Assembly: GCA_965219415.1 (NCBI GenBank)
Contig: CBDCNP010000002.1
Span: 3,008,001 to 3,072,000 of the forward strand
DNA: 64,000 nt
Direction of reading: 5' to 3'
Source: Candidatus Marinacidobacterales bacterium
GTDB lineage: Bacteria > Acidobacteriota > Vicinamibacteria > Marinacidobacterales > DATDRI01
Shown here: positions 41,897 through 57,182 of the stretch, one piece after another
Layout of the letters: each line of letters begins with the position of its first letter
How positions within the stretch are numbered: position 1 is the first letter of the stretch
Position numbers and translations under genes: made by a program
The notes under the pieces: model-generated
The model's database searches: none
Seen by the model: the letters and a program-made list of their open reading frames with translations, nothing else
What the model was told of the DNA's origin: nothing

Positions 41897-42928
41897 ATGA
41901 AAGATACGACAATCGCTGTGGATCTTGCAAAGAACGTCTTCGAGATTGCCATCTCGGGAGAAGCGGGGAAGGTGTCCAAGCAACTCCGTGTGAGTCGACC
42001 CAAATTGGTGTCGTTCTTTGCCAAACAGAGCGCTGCCACCGTGCTTCTCGAAGCCTGCGGCTCGGCTCACTTCTGGGCAAGGACGTTCCGAAGGTTGGGA
42101 CACGACGTCGTCCTGCTCCCACCTCACCTCGTGAGGCCGTATCGACGCGGGAGCAAGAACGACCGCGCCGACACGAAGGCGTTGCTCGAGGCCTACAGGA
42201 ACGAGGAGCTTCTTCCCGTACCCATCAAGTCCGTGCACCAGCACACCCTCGCTGCGCTCCATCGCCTGCGCTCAGGATGGCTCTCCACACGGACCGCACG
42301 CATCAATGCCGTACGCGGGCTCCTGCGCGAACTCGGATTCATCATCCCAAAGGGCGCTCACTTCGTCGTGCCCGCCCTCTTCGAACTCGTCGAAGACGCT
42401 GATTCTGATTTGCCCGACGTGCTCCGTTCGCATCTCCGTGATGCCTGCTCCGAGATTCGAGAACTCAAGGACAAGTGCGCTAGCATCGAGCACGAGCTCA
42501 AGGCGCTCACCAAGCAGCTTCCTGAAGTCCAACGACTTCTCGCCATTCCCGGCATCGGACTTCTGGCCGCGACCGCCATCGTGGGCTTCGTCGGCGATCT
42601 TCGCCGCTTCCCATCGGGGCGCCGCTTCTCGAGCTACCTCGGCCTAGTTCCCAAGGAAAACTCCAGTGGCGACATTCGCCGCCTCGGACGCATCACCAAG
42701 CGTGGCGACTCCTACCTCCGTATGCTCCTCACCCAGGGCGGGCGCGCCGTGCTCCGCGCGGCGAACGTCAGCAAGAGCCCGCCCGACAAGCTCCGCGCCT
42801 GGGCTCGGAAGGTCCACCGCTCGCGGGGACACAACAAGGCCGTGATTGCTGTCGCCAACAAACTCGCCCGGATCGTCTGGGCCGTCTCCACCCGCGAGAG
42901 TGAATTCCAGTCGCCGGTGGCCGCTTAG
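41897..42928 (+). CDS. IS110 DEDD recombinase/transposase
   Basis: AVDLAKNVF, LEAC, KNDRAD, LVPKENSSG, AVANKLAR; strong RBS. Confidence 0.95.
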   Translation: MKDTTIAVDLAKNVFEIAISGEAGKVSKQLRVSRPKLVSFFAKQSAATVLLEACGSAHFWARTFRRLGHDVVLLPPHLVRPYRRGSKNDRADTKALLEAYRNEELLPVPIKSVHQHTLAALHRLRSGWLSTRTARINAVRGLLRELGFIIPKGAHFVVPALFELVEDADSDLPDVLRSHLRDACSEIRELKDKCASIEHELKALTKQLPEVQRLLAIPGIGLLAATAIVGFVGDLRRFPSGRRFSSYLGLVPKENSSGDIRRLGRITKRGDSYLRMLLTQGGRAVLRAANVSKSPPDKLRAWARKVHRSRGHNKAVIAVANKLARIVWAVSTRESEFQSPVAA

Positions 42929-42984
42929 ATTTAGAGGCTCCACTTTCGTGTTTTCCTTTTTCCCTTCCAAAAGAGGCTGCGACG

Positions 42985-43160
42985 ATACCCATCCAACTGA
43001 TGGCGTACCGGTCGGACCGGCGCGGGGTCAAGCCAATAGCAACACTGGCCCTAAGAGGTCGTTCAAAGTGATTGGCTCCTCGCGCGCGGATTTTCCATCA
43101 TGGCCCGGAGCACCCAAGACGCTCCTCACTGAGGCCGAAGATACGTTTGCAGTCTGACCC
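42985..43160 (+). ncRNA. Putative bridge/seek RNA of the IS1111 element
   Basis: Two internal-loop hairpins whose loop strands match the target (AGCAACA / AAGTG) and the donor junction (TTCCATCA / AGATA). Boundaries approximate. Confidence 0.75.
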
Positions 43161-43486
43161 ACTCGTCACGACGCGATGGATGCGCAGCTTCGATGGAAGA
43201 TTTATTAAGAAAGGGGCGTGACTAGAAAGAAAGGGGCTTGACTAGAGGAGTCCAGATATGTTGCTACGCCGTGTTTGAATGCTAGTGTCAGCTGGCCTGC
43301 CTGTGTCGGCGAACGCCATTAACAATGATGTCGGCGTGCACACCAAGGTGTCTCTGAACGTCAGGCACCGTGTGGTCAGCCCAGCCCGCATCGTCGAAAG
43401 AACTGCGTCTCTCGAAATCGGGCCCCCAAACTCTAGCACACGAGCAGGTTACGCGGCAGCCACCAACACTTGATGGCGGAAGCACC

Positions 43487-43681
43487 CAATGACTCCGGTG
43501 TGGTCGAGAGCGAGAAACCAGGGACCGGAAGGCCCTGTCGCTGAGAGGTGGATGGTCCCCTTCGCAGTGGTGGAGTCGTAGCGCACCCACCCAGCCTCTT
43601 CTCCCAAGGGGCGGCGATAGCCGTTCTGCCAGGCGGCTTTCCGGCATTCCTCAGCAACAACGAAGCCTTGAGGTATTTCGA

Positions 43682-43685
<4 letters not shown>
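43487..43685 (-). pseudogene. N-terminal fragment of the fourth operon gene (possibly an HNH endonuclease), clipped by MITE B1
   Basis: GTG overlaps the MTase stop. FVVAEECRKAAWQNGYRR resembles N-termini of HNH proteins from memory; no catalytic motif is visible. Confidence 0.45.
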
Positions 43686-47683
<3,998 letters not shown>

Positions 47684-47686
47684 GGC

Positions 47687-50452
47687 TCACGCCTCGCTCG
47701 GCAACAGAACGAAGAGGCCGATGACGTCAGGGGGCTGGACGCCTTCCACGCTCACGCGCGATGCCGACCCTGCAGCCGCCCGCAGTCTGGCATGGTCTTC
47801 CGCAAGCTTATCAGCACGCACGCGTACGAACTCGCCGATGGGACCGGCCACGAGGTCGGGCAGATCTTCCTGCGCGCGTTGGATGAACCGATCCCTTGCC
47901 GTTGGAGCCAGATCGGCAGCGGCGGGTGTGTCGAGGAGCGTCTTTGCGGCATCGCCCGATGCGACAATGGTGCCGTCGTGCAAGGCGACCAGCGCGGCTT
48001 CTTCCGCGAGCAGCAGGCGTTCCTTTCGGGCATGGATTGTGAGCTTGAAGCGAAGCCTCAGAAGCGCGATCCACGTCACGCGTTCAACGGCTGGGGTCGG
48101 CCATGCACCCACACGACCGATTCCAAGGTTGGCGAGCGTTTCGGGGTCGAGCGATGCCTCGACAAGCGCCTCCGCAAGGGTTGCGGTGAGGGGGTGGGTC
48201 CGTGTGAGAAGCGCTGTCCCTGAGGGGGCTGGCTCGGACGGGGCAAGCCGCACAGACCGGGACATACCTTGTTGCGCCAGGCGCTCGCGCAGTCCGGCTT
48301 CGAGCGCATGAACGTGGGCCACGAGGACCGACCTCCGTGGCTCCAGGGGGACGCCAAAACGCGACATGGTGCGTTCGATGAAGGTGCGAGCTGCCTCCGG
48401 CGAACCGAGGAAGCTTGCAGCCTTTTTCCATTCGGGAGCCACTTCTTGCGGCTTCATAGCGTTCTGGGCGAAGCGAGTCCGGGAGCGTTTCTCCTTCTCC
48501 GAGACGTCGCGCCAACGGGTTTCGACGAGGCGAGCACCGTCCTTGAGACGCAGATCGAGTGTCATCTGCTCCCTACCGCCCTGGCGAAGCATCATCGAAG
48601 CCATGAGGGCATCGGTGACGGGACCCCGTTCGTCCGGGAGGGGCACGGTCACGCCAGTCACCTTACGGATCTCCTCGGCCTTGCGCAGGATGACGTCCAG
48701 GACGGCACCGTCGATCGCGCTCGCCGGCGAGAACATCATGATCGAATGGACGAGTTCGGCGGGCTGGCCGAAACGGTCGACGCGACCCTCCCGCTGCTGA
48801 TGGCGGGTCGGATTCCACGAAAGATCGTAATGAACCACCGTGTCGAAGAGCTGCTGGAGATTGATCCCCTCCGACAAGCAGTCGGTAGCGACCAGAATAC
48901 GCTGGACCTCTTTCTCGTCTTCCGCAGGCGCCATATCGGCGACCCGGTCCCGTCGCTCGTCCGGTGTGAGCACTCCGGTGATGGCCTCGACGCGCAACTT
49001 CGGGAAGGATTTCCGCAGGCCGTTGCGAACGTGCTCTGCCGTGGCAAGATACCGGCAGAAGACGACCGGGTTCGCGCCCTTCTTCAGGAGGGGAGTGAGG
49101 ACACCGACCAGCGCCTCGAGCTTCGGATCGGGCTCCTTCGTCAGGCGTTCAGCGTGCCGGACAAGGCTCAGGAGGGCAGGATCCGCATCGAACGCCACGC
49201 TCGGCTCGATGTCGACGGCGTCCTCGTCATCCCCATCCTCGTCGTAGATCTGAGACTCTAGACGCTCGGCTTCATGCGTCATGCGGTTACGCAGTGCGCT
49301 CAGAGCTGCGGTAGGTGACGAGCCGACGCAACGCATCAATGCCAGCGTTCCCCAGAACGCCAGTCGGCGCTCGCGCTGGCTGGTTCCTGCACGGGAGACC
49401 ACGCCCAGGCAATAGTCGAGGACGGCTTCCTGGAAATCGAGATAGGCTTTTGACAGTGGATAGGGCGTCTCCGTAGTTTCGTGCTTCGGGAAGGCACGCT
49501 CCTCACCCCACTCGCCAGATACCAAATCGATTCTTCGCCGCTGCACGAAGTGACGGGCCAGGCGCTCCCGGTAACGGGCGTCGTCGAAGCTCATGGAGGC
49601 AAATTCCAGGTCGACCAGGGACAGAAGGCGTGAGAACGCCTCCTCATCACCCGAATGCGGCGTGGCTGTCAGCAGGATCATGCGCCGTTGCGGATCGCGG
49701 GCGAGACCTTGGAGAAGTGCAAACCGCTGCTGCTTACCTTTATGAGTGCCCACGCAGGCATGGGCCTCATCCACGATCACGAAGTCGGGACAAGCCCGGG
49801 CGAATCCCTCTCGCCGCTTCTCAGCCTTGATGTAGTCCAGGCTGACCACCGTGTAGGGATAGGCATCGAAAAGCGTCTGCGCAACGGGCAGGCCACGCTC
49901 CAGGCGCGCGGCCGAGCCCGATGTGACCGCTACGGGGTCAATACCGAAGCGGGATTTCAGTTCGAGCACCCATTGTTCGACGAGGTGAGGCGGGCATAGG
50001 ACCGAGAAGGCATCGACCTCGCCGCGATCCAAGAATTCCCGAAGGATGAGACCAGCTTCAATCGTCTTGCCGATGCCCACGTCATCCGCTATCAAGAGGC
50101 GAGGCACTTGGAGGCGAAGCGCCATCAGCAGCGGCACAAGCTGATAGGTCCGTGGCTCGAAAGCGAGCTGCGCTGCTGAGCGGAAAGGACCGGCCCCGCG
50201 CCGGAGAGTGAGGCGAAGCGCATCGGCAAGAAGAGCCGCCTTCGACTGGACCGTTGGAACGGCGTTTTCGGGCAGGTAGAAGCGGGCAGGTCCGACGGGC
50301 TCGCTCTCGAGCCGGGGGTCGAGAAGAACGGTGTCCTTCTCGTTGCCGGAAAGGGGGCGAAGCGCGAGTAGGTGGTCTCGGGGTGCTGGTAAGGCAACCC
50401 ATTCCCGACCCCGGGCACGGACAAGGTCGCCTGGAGCAAAGGAAAGAGGCAT
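47687..50452 (-). CDS. SNF2-family helicase (DrmD-like)
   Basis: LIADDVGIGKT, DEAH, LTATPH, SEGINLQ, QREGRVDR. Confidence 0.92.
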   Translation of the reverse strand: MPLSFAPGDLVRARGREWVALPAPRDHLLALRPLSGNEKDTVLLDPRLESEPVGPARFYLPENAVPTVQSKAALLADALRLTLRRGAGPFRSAAQLAFEPRTYQLVPLLMALRLQVPRLLIADDVGIGKTIEAGLILREFLDRGEVDAFSVLCPPHLVEQWVLELKSRFGIDPVAVTSGSAARLERGLPVAQTLFDAYPYTVVSLDYIKAEKRREGFARACPDFVIVDEAHACVGTHKGKQQRFALLQGLARDPQRRMILLTATPHSGDEEAFSRLLSLVDLEFASMSFDDARYRERLARHFVQRRRIDLVSGEWGEERAFPKHETTETPYPLSKAYLDFQEAVLDYCLGVVSRAGTSQRERRLAFWGTLALMRCVGSSPTAALSALRNRMTHEAERLESQIYDEDGDDEDAVDIEPSVAFDADPALLSLVRHAERLTKEPDPKLEALVGVLTPLLKKGANPVVFCRYLATAEHVRNGLRKSFPKLRVEAITGVLTPDERRDRVADMAPAEDEKEVQRILVATDCLSEGINLQQLFDTVVHYDLSWNPTRHQQREGRVDRFGQPAELVHSIMMFSPASAIDGAVLDVILRKAEEIRKVTGVTVPLPDERGPVTDALMASMMLRQGGREQMTLDLRLKDGARLVETRWRDVSEKEKRSRTRFAQNAMKPQEVAPEWKKAASFLGSPEAARTFIERTMSRFGVPLEPRRSVLVAHVHALEAGLRERLAQQGMSRSVRLAPSEPAPSGTALLTRTHPLTATLAEALVEASLDPETLANLGIGRVGAWPTPAVERVTWIALLRLRFKLTIHARKERLLLAEEAALVALHDGTIVASGDAAKTLLDTPAAADLAPTARDRFIQRAQEDLPDLVAGPIGEFVRVRADKLAEDHARLRAAAGSASRVSVEGVQPPDVIGLFVLLPSEA

Positions 50453-50457
50453 TTCGG

Positions 50458-53400
50458 TCAGTCTCTCAATGCCGCAATCAATTCGGCCGGCAGGCCTTCG
50501 GATGAGTCGGCCGGCAGTTCGAAGAGGCTCCATCCCCGGTCGTCCGCTGCGGCCTTCACCGCCTCCGGAATAACGCCCGCTCTCGCGGCAACGTAATGGC
50601 TATGCCAGGTGAAAGGGAACGAAACATCGGCAAGGGTTAGATGCCTTGCGTCCGGCGCGGGGATGCCATGTTGGTCGAAGACCTCCGACCAGCCGCCCTC
50701 AGTCACAGTGCCTTCCGGCGCAGTCGCGAGCACGACCTTTCCTCGCGCGAGATCAATCAGCAGCTGCTGTACCGCGACGCTGGCACGGTCGATCAACTCG
50801 TGATCGGGCTGGTTGAAATAGGACAGAAGACAACGATAACAGCCCCGCACGCAGGCTTCTTCGCGTTCCTTGAGAAGGTTCGGGTCGTCTGCGGCGATGG
50901 CGGCATCGACCTCGTCGAAATGCATAAGTTCGAGGGCTTGCCTCGCAACCTGGTTCAGTGCATCCGGATCTTCAATCAGGCGGCTCAGCACGCCCGCACC
51001 GCCCTCGCTTGCCTCATAGGCAAAGACAGCGCGCCGGTTATCCCGGCTGGGTAATGGCTCTCCAAGAATTTCGCCTTCCTCAAGCTGGAAGACCACCGCG
51101 ATACCCCGCATCAGGGCATGCTGGAGTGTGGCGATGGTGCTCTGGTCATGGCTATCTTCGAACCGAAACAAGAGGGCATTTTTCCGATCCCGAACAATCG
51201 GAACGATCCGCACCAGCCTGACCACATCGGGCCGAACCTCAACGTCCTCTGGATCCTCATCCTCAGTCTTGGCCCAGTATCCCGTGCGGGGATCGATCAC
51301 GAATCCGAGCACAGTCTTGTTGCGGCGCCGCTTCAAGCCTTTGTTGATCCGACTTATTTCTGCGCTGTTGGCGTATTGCAATTTCATCAGAGGCGTATCC
51401 CCGACTTGAAATTCAGCCTCAGTGACCTCGACACGCCCGTGCTTTCTCGGCCATGCGAAAACGGTCTGAATCTCGAAGCCCTGGCGAATCCGTTCCTCGT
51501 CATTGGCGGTGATACGCTCGGTCGGAGCCGCTTCGACATTGTCGATCCTGAGCGTGCGTTTGACCGGCATCGCTCCAGCCATCGGGAACTGGCAGGCGTG
51601 ACAGCGCTCGACTTCGCCATTGTGAGCTCCACCACAGTTCGGACAGATCACGATGTCCTGCGTCGCAAGCTGCTGACCATCAGCGGTCCGGACTTCGGGA
51701 GGCAGTTTCGCCTTGACGACCCGAAATGCGCGGCCTTCATGATAGATGAGACTGCGAGGGCCGAACTCGGAGATAGCAAGAAAGCGGGAGCGCTGCAGGT
51801 AGGAACCCGACTTGCCCTCGCCCGGAATGAAGGCGTAAAGCGGCAGCCTGGGAAAATTGTAGCCGGGAAGAAACCCTTCGGTCGCAAGGTAACGGTAAGA
51901 ATAGAAGTCCGAGCCGTGGGTTGACTTGCCTCGTTCAAGAAGGGTGATCTGATCCGTGGCCTGCACCTGTGCAGCCTTGATCTTGCGCCGCTCAGCCCCG
52001 GATAATCCTGTCATCTCAGACCGCTTGTTGGCCTCAGACAGTTGCGTGCGCGCGGAGTGATAGAGTTCACGCCATCGGTCGAAGGCGCTGTTGAATTCGG
52101 CCGGTGCCTGGGTAGCAACCTCCTTTACATAATCATCCGGGTCATCTATCCAGAGAGGCTTCCTCTCACCGACTGATGTGAGGATTTGCTCAAGGACACG
52201 GCGCAGCCGGGCGCAGGCCTTGTCCACCAGGGCGGGATCCCGGATGACCCCCAAAATCTCGTCCCTGAGGGGATAGCCTGGTTTCTGGAGGTCGAGGATT
52301 TCGGGAATGTCCGGCGACAGAGCCAGCCCCGCTGTGGCAAGCCAGACCGCCTGTAGATGAGAAGTGATTAGGTTCTTGTTGGTGATGTCGAGTGCTGGCG
52401 GGCGAACCGCACCGGCCACCATGTCGATGCGCCGCTCGAAAAAATACTGATCATGCGGCGACTGGGCCGCACAGTAAGTGAAGATCAAGGCCGCCTGTCC
52501 TGACCGGCCCGCACGGCCCGCACGCTGCACATAATTGGCGGGCGTAGGCGGCACATTGCGCAGATAGACCGTATTCAACGCCGAGATATCGACCCCCAGT
52601 TCCATGGTCGGCGTACAGAACAACGCGGGGAGAAGCTGTTTCGACTCCCCGCTGGCCTTGATTTCGGCTTCGCACTCCGCGATCCGTGCTCGGTCGTCGG
52701 CTTCAAAGCGGAAACGCCATTCCCGCCATTCCCGTTGCTTATAGTTCACCTGGGCCGTATGCTCCCGGCTCTCCATGCCGAACAACGAGCTGGTGTTTGC
52801 CGCGAGATCGTTGGCAACTCGGGTATAGAGGCCGTGGAAGTATGGATTGCCGACAGCCGCTGCGCTCCGAGTAGCTTTACCTGCAATCAGTCGAATGGCT
52901 GAGGGTGATAGACGCCACCCTTGAAGTTCGCCTTCACTGGCCGTCAAAGTCACAAGCCCTTCTGCGGCCAGGATGCCAAGGAGATTGGTAAGGAAGGTGA
53001 TGTAGTCGTCCCCACCAAGCTTGGTACCGATGATGCTCTCATGGTTAATGAGGCGCGCTATGCGCGAACGCGGACCCGCGCGAAGGATCATCCGTTCTTC
53101 ACGCAGACTGGTAAGTTTCTTGCCAGGGGCTTTCAGGAAGAGGGTGGTGCGCTCCCGCGTTGTTTCCTTGTCATCGATGCTCCAGGGAGCCCGCAGGACC
53201 GACCGCGATCTCTGGGCAACGGTGTCCAGAACGGCAAGATCGAGCGCCTCGGTATCAACGGCCAAGCCTTCGAGCATGGCGGTTAGCAAAATCCTGATGA
53301 CCTTCTTGCGAGCGTCATGATCCAGAGAGTCGAGTTCAGGCAGAATAGCCGCGAGTCTCTCCACGTCTGCGGCCACGTCGTCGAGCCCAACGAAGTCCAC

Positions 53401-54959
53401 CTCGATCAACTTCAATGTCGACAGGTTCGGATTGGTGAAACGCCAACCCCGACGCAAATCAATCCAAACCCGGTGCGCGAGCACCTTGGCTAACGCCCGC
53501 TCTGCGTCGCTGCGAACCACGGCCCCTGCCTCCGGGCTCAACATCCAGTGCACCCGCAGCGCCGTGTTCGCACCCGTAAAACCCAAGGCCCGCTGAACAC
53601 GGAAGCCAAACTCGTCATCCCGCAGACCATCCTCACCGGCATCGAGAACAGCTCGCAGGATGGCTCCACGCAGAAGACTCACGAACAGAAAATCGTTGAA
53701 ATGCCCCACTTGAAGCGCAGCGTCCTGGCGGTTGTCGGTGAAACCAAGCAGTTTCCGCTTATCCTCGGGAACCGCATTGTTGGATTGGTTCAACCACTCG
53801 AGAGCGCTCGAGACGAGAAGCGTAGTCGCCGAGCTTCGCCCTTCGGCGGTAAGACCCGCAAGCTTGCTGCGCTCGCGCATGCGGCCTTGCGGTTCGTCGA
53901 GACAACGGGCACAAAAGCCGAATTTGCCGGGGATGAACCAGAAGGGCTCACCGTCGTCGTCGAGATGACCGCTACCCGCGACTCTCACCTTCCTCGGTAC
54001 GCGGTTTTTCCGGTACGGCCGCAGTTTGAGTAGCTCCTTGCGCTCTTCCGTCCAGCCTTCCGGAAAGTTCTCGAGCGTGCCGTCGAACCGGTAGTCCGGA
54101 TCCCCGAGACCGGCCGGCGTCAGATACCCGGCAACTTCCGTATCGTCGTCTCTCTCGATTGGAATGTCTTCGATATTGCGCGGCAAGAAGAGCACACCAT
54201 CTTCCTGCTCCGTTCTCGTCACCACGTAGTACTCCTGACCGCACTGGCGGCAGAAGCGAATGGGATAGAGCCGGGTTCCAGGAGCATCGGGATCCTCGAG
54301 CTGTCCCTCGAGCAAAACGGTTCGCTGCTTCAAACGCAATGTTGCGAAGATGTCACCTGCTCCCGCGATGAAACGATGCAGCTTGAAGGCCATAAACGCG
54401 TGTTCGCCACTACCACCCCGATCCTTATCAGGGAGGCTGATGCGAGTCAGGAAGTTCTCCAGCACCTCACTGCAGCGCTTGGGGTCGATTCCGCTATCCT
54501 GGGCAAGCAACTTGGTAGCTTCGACAAAAGTTATTGGCCGTCGCCGCTTGAGAATCTGGCCATCCTCCAGACCGAGCACCAGTTCCACCCAGACCGCCAG
54601 CGGATGAGTGACTAATTCTGCATCGGTCAGCCGTTCGGGAAGGTCTCTCTCGAGTACATTCGCGAGCTTCGGAACAACGTCTGCGCGCGCGAGACGATCA
54701 TCCGTGGCCCGGCGCAGCGACTCGTCGATCACTCCGTCTGGGCCGATCGAGGTTCCAAACAGACGTGAAACCACCTTCGAGACTTCCAAGGCACGGCTGG
54801 CACCACTGCCTTCGCTGGACATCGTCGCAGAAGTCCCTATACAAAGTGGAGCCTTGTTAGGCGTACAGCGATCGCGTAGCCGACGAACAAGAATGGCAAC
54901 GTCAGCGCCCTGGCGGCCGCGGTAGGTATGCAACTCGTCCAGGACGATGAACTCAAGCC
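50458..54959 (-). pseudogene. Large DEAD/DEAH helicase with C-terminal DUF1998-like Zn domain, 5'-clipped by IS-C (Walker A missing)
   Basis: Begins at LEFIVLDELHTYRG; TSAT, TMELGVD, QRAGRAGR, CVRGCYRCLLSY. Confidence 0.88.
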
Positions 54960-56245
54960 TGTGCATCGTCAAAACTGCTCCGCCCACGAAATCAAGGACT
55001 TACGCTCCGCTTGAATTCCGGGCCGAAGACGGCGAAACTCCGCCGCTATGCTCAACGTTGTTGTCTTCCTCGTCTCACTTGGCGTCCGTGCCATTCGGGC
55101 GATGTGTCGGCGCCGCGCCGACCTGGTGTTGGAGAACGTCGCTTTGCGGCAGCAAGTGACGGCGCTGAAGAAAGAGCGCCCACGCCCACCGCTCGACGAC
55201 ACGGAACGGGCTTTCTGGGTTGCCCTTCGAGGTTCGTGGCCCGTGTGGGCGAGCCGCCTGCTCATCGTCCACGCGGACACCGTAGCCCGTTGGCATCGCG
55301 ACCGATTCCGACGGTACTGGGCAAAGATCTCGCAGCGCCGCCATCCCGGTCGGCCTCGGATTGATGCCGAGATTCGTCGCCTCGTCCGCACGATGGCGCA
55401 AGACGGCTGGGGGGCGCCACGCATCCATGCTGAGCTCACCAAGCTCGGTTTCATCATCTCCGAGAGCACGGTGTCGCGATACCTGCCGCGGCGTCCCGCG
55501 GAGCCCGACCAGCTGAAACGATGGATGGCTTTCTTGCGCAACCATAAAGACGATATCGCCGCCATGGATCTGTTCACCGTGCCCACCGCGTCGCTCCGGC
55601 TGCTGTACGGCTTCTTCGTCATCGAGCACGGTCGCCGGCACATCGTTCACTTCAACGCCACGTTCCACCCGACGTCTGCTTGGGTTATTCAGCAACTACG
55701 CGAGGCGTTTCCCTACGACACCGCTCCGAGATATCTCCTCTTCGATCGCGACTTCATCTTTAACGCAGCGGTCATCGAGTTCATCAAGGCAACGGGCACA
55801 AAACCCGTTCGCACTTCGTTTCGCAGCCCATGGCAAAACGGAACCGCGGAGCGGTGGGTCGGCAGCTGCCGTCGCGAGCTCCTTGAGCACGTCGTGGTTC
55901 TCGGTGCATGTCATCTCATCCGGCTCGTGCGAGCTTACATCAGCTACTATCATGAGGACCGTTGCCACTTGGGGCTGAACAAGGACACACCGAGCTTGAG
56001 AACGGTCACGCACCGACCGTCTCCTACGGCGAAAGTAGTCGCACTGCCGCGAGTCGGTGGACTGCACCATCGATACGAGTGGCGAGAGGCAGCCTGAGTC
56101 AGCTTGGTCGCTCGCGTTACTCGGCTGGTCGCCGAGAAGTTCGTCCTCAGCACCTTCCCTCGCGCCCTGACCACGCTCTCCAGCATGTGCTCGAGGGCGG
56201 TCCGGGCCCTAGAGTCCAGTCCCGGATTAATAATGATGATGGACA
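54960..56245 (+). mobile_element. IS-C complete copy
   Basis: Both TIRs; intact ORF. Confidence 0.92.
55048..56097 (+). CDS. rve/DDE transposase, 349 aa
   Basis: Nearly identical to 11447-12496. Confidence 0.92.
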   Translation: MLNVVVFLVSLGVRAIRAMCRRRADLVLENVALRQQVTALKKERPRPPLDDTERAFWVALRGSWPVWASRLLIVHADTVARWHRDRFRRYWAKISQRRHPGRPRIDAEIRRLVRTMAQDGWGAPRIHAELTKLGFIISESTVSRYLPRRPAEPDQLKRWMAFLRNHKDDIAAMDLFTVPTASLRLLYGFFVIEHGRRHIVHFNATFHPTSAWVIQQLREAFPYDTAPRYLLFDRDFIFNAAVIEFIKATGTKPVRTSFRSPWQNGTAERWVGSCRRELLEHVVVLGACHLIRLVRAYISYYHEDRCHLGLNKDTPSLRTVTHRPSPTAKVVALPRVGGLHHRYEWREAA

Positions 56246-56247
56246 GC

Positions 56248-56508
56248 CTAAGGGAGTGGATCGATCCGACCGGGAGCCTCGAAACTTCGGGCTCGCTTCC
56301 AAGCTCTCATGAGCTCATCCTGATGTTGAGAGGCCCACTCCACAACGAGACCGGTCGCGCGAGCGGGAAGGCGGCCTGCCGTCAGCGATAGCGTCTCGAT
56401 GGCAAAGAGAGCCTCGTCGGACCCGTAATACGCATGGAAATGAGGAGGGGCATGATCGTTGAAGAACATCCGCACGACGATGCCATAAAACCGGCTTAGC
56501 TCAGGCAT
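56248..56508 (-). CDS. DUF4160-family protein (putative TA toxin)
   Basis: MPELSRFYGIVVRMFFNDHAPPHFHAYY...WA..HQDEL...IDPL. Confidence 0.88.
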   Translation of the reverse strand: MPELSRFYGIVVRMFFNDHAPPHFHAYYGSDEALFAIETLSLTAGRLPARATGLVVEWASQHQDELMRAWKRARSFEAPGRIDPLP

Positions 56509-56785
56509 CTACATCGGCGACCGATATTCGAGGGAAAACCTCCTCCGGCTTCTTTCCGGTTAGCTCGAGGTAGATGCTGTCCGGGCATAGCTCGATGTCT
56601 TTGTTCCACGCGATGCTTCCGTGGGGGCTCACGTGGACGGTCTCGAAGAATGCAGGATCACTCCACGACGAGAATATGCCCTTGCCGACGAAGGGAATGA
56701 GGTCCACCTCGCCTTCGGTGCCATCCTCGTAACGCACCCAAATCTGGTATTTGGGCAGCGCTCGAACTTCGCGAACCTTCAACAT
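56501..56785 (-). CDS. DUF2442-family protein (putative antitoxin)
   Basis: YEDGTEGEVDL...F..V......IAW...IELCPDSIY. Confidence 0.85.
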   Translation of the reverse strand: MLKVREVRALPKYQIWVRYEDGTEGEVDLIPFVGKGIFSSWSDPAFFETVHVSPHGSIAWNKDIELCPDSIYLELTGKKPEEVFPRISVADVDA

Positions 56786-56867
56786 GCCCACATTGTAGCA
56801 CCTCCCGGGCATGTCGAGAGCTGAGCGCGGCGGTGCTATTTCCGAGACTGGATCCTCCGAGATCCCC

Positions 56868-57146
56868 CGTGGTGTCCAATAACACAAACGAACTCAAGAC
56901 TCTTGCGCCACCTTGGCCCGATCTCAAACATAGACACTAAGCTGCGGATTTATGGTCTCTTTCAAAAGAGCCGAGTTTTGGCACAGGACGGGATCGGCGT
57001 CCTCATGACCGAGGATTCTAGCTCCCATCGCCCAACCAAGCGCATACACGTCTATTCCGAAACATCCCGGCGTGCCGATCTTGAGTTCGTTTGTATTTTT
57101 GGACACGACGGCGTACACGTCATCAACAGCAAACAGCGCAAGCACC
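56868..57146. repeat. Stack of ends: F-A hybrid (56868-56990), F left region (to 57110), B2 right stub
   Basis: Terminal motifs; 56991-57110 is homologous to 1611-1729. Confidence 0.8.
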
Positions 57147-57182
57147 CGTGGCGGCAGGCTCGGGTGTGCCGCCACCGAACCA

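Larger units (their letters stand above)
41816..43260 (+). mobile_element. IS110-family (IS1111 group) element
   Basis: Subterminal IRs TGGACTCCTC (41822) / GAGGAGTCCA (43245-43254), TG core on both sides, long 3' non-coding region. Confidence 0.92.
41796..43486. mobile_element. MITE B1 copy interrupted in its left TIR by IS110
   Basis: 41796-41815 joined to 43261-43486 reconstitutes the 9907-10151 sequence. Confidence 0.9.

Noticed and set aside
54955-56250. GCC on both sides of IS-C as a 3-bp TSD
   Set aside because: The flanks are different genes, other IS-C copies show no duplication, and G/C flank bias explains it.
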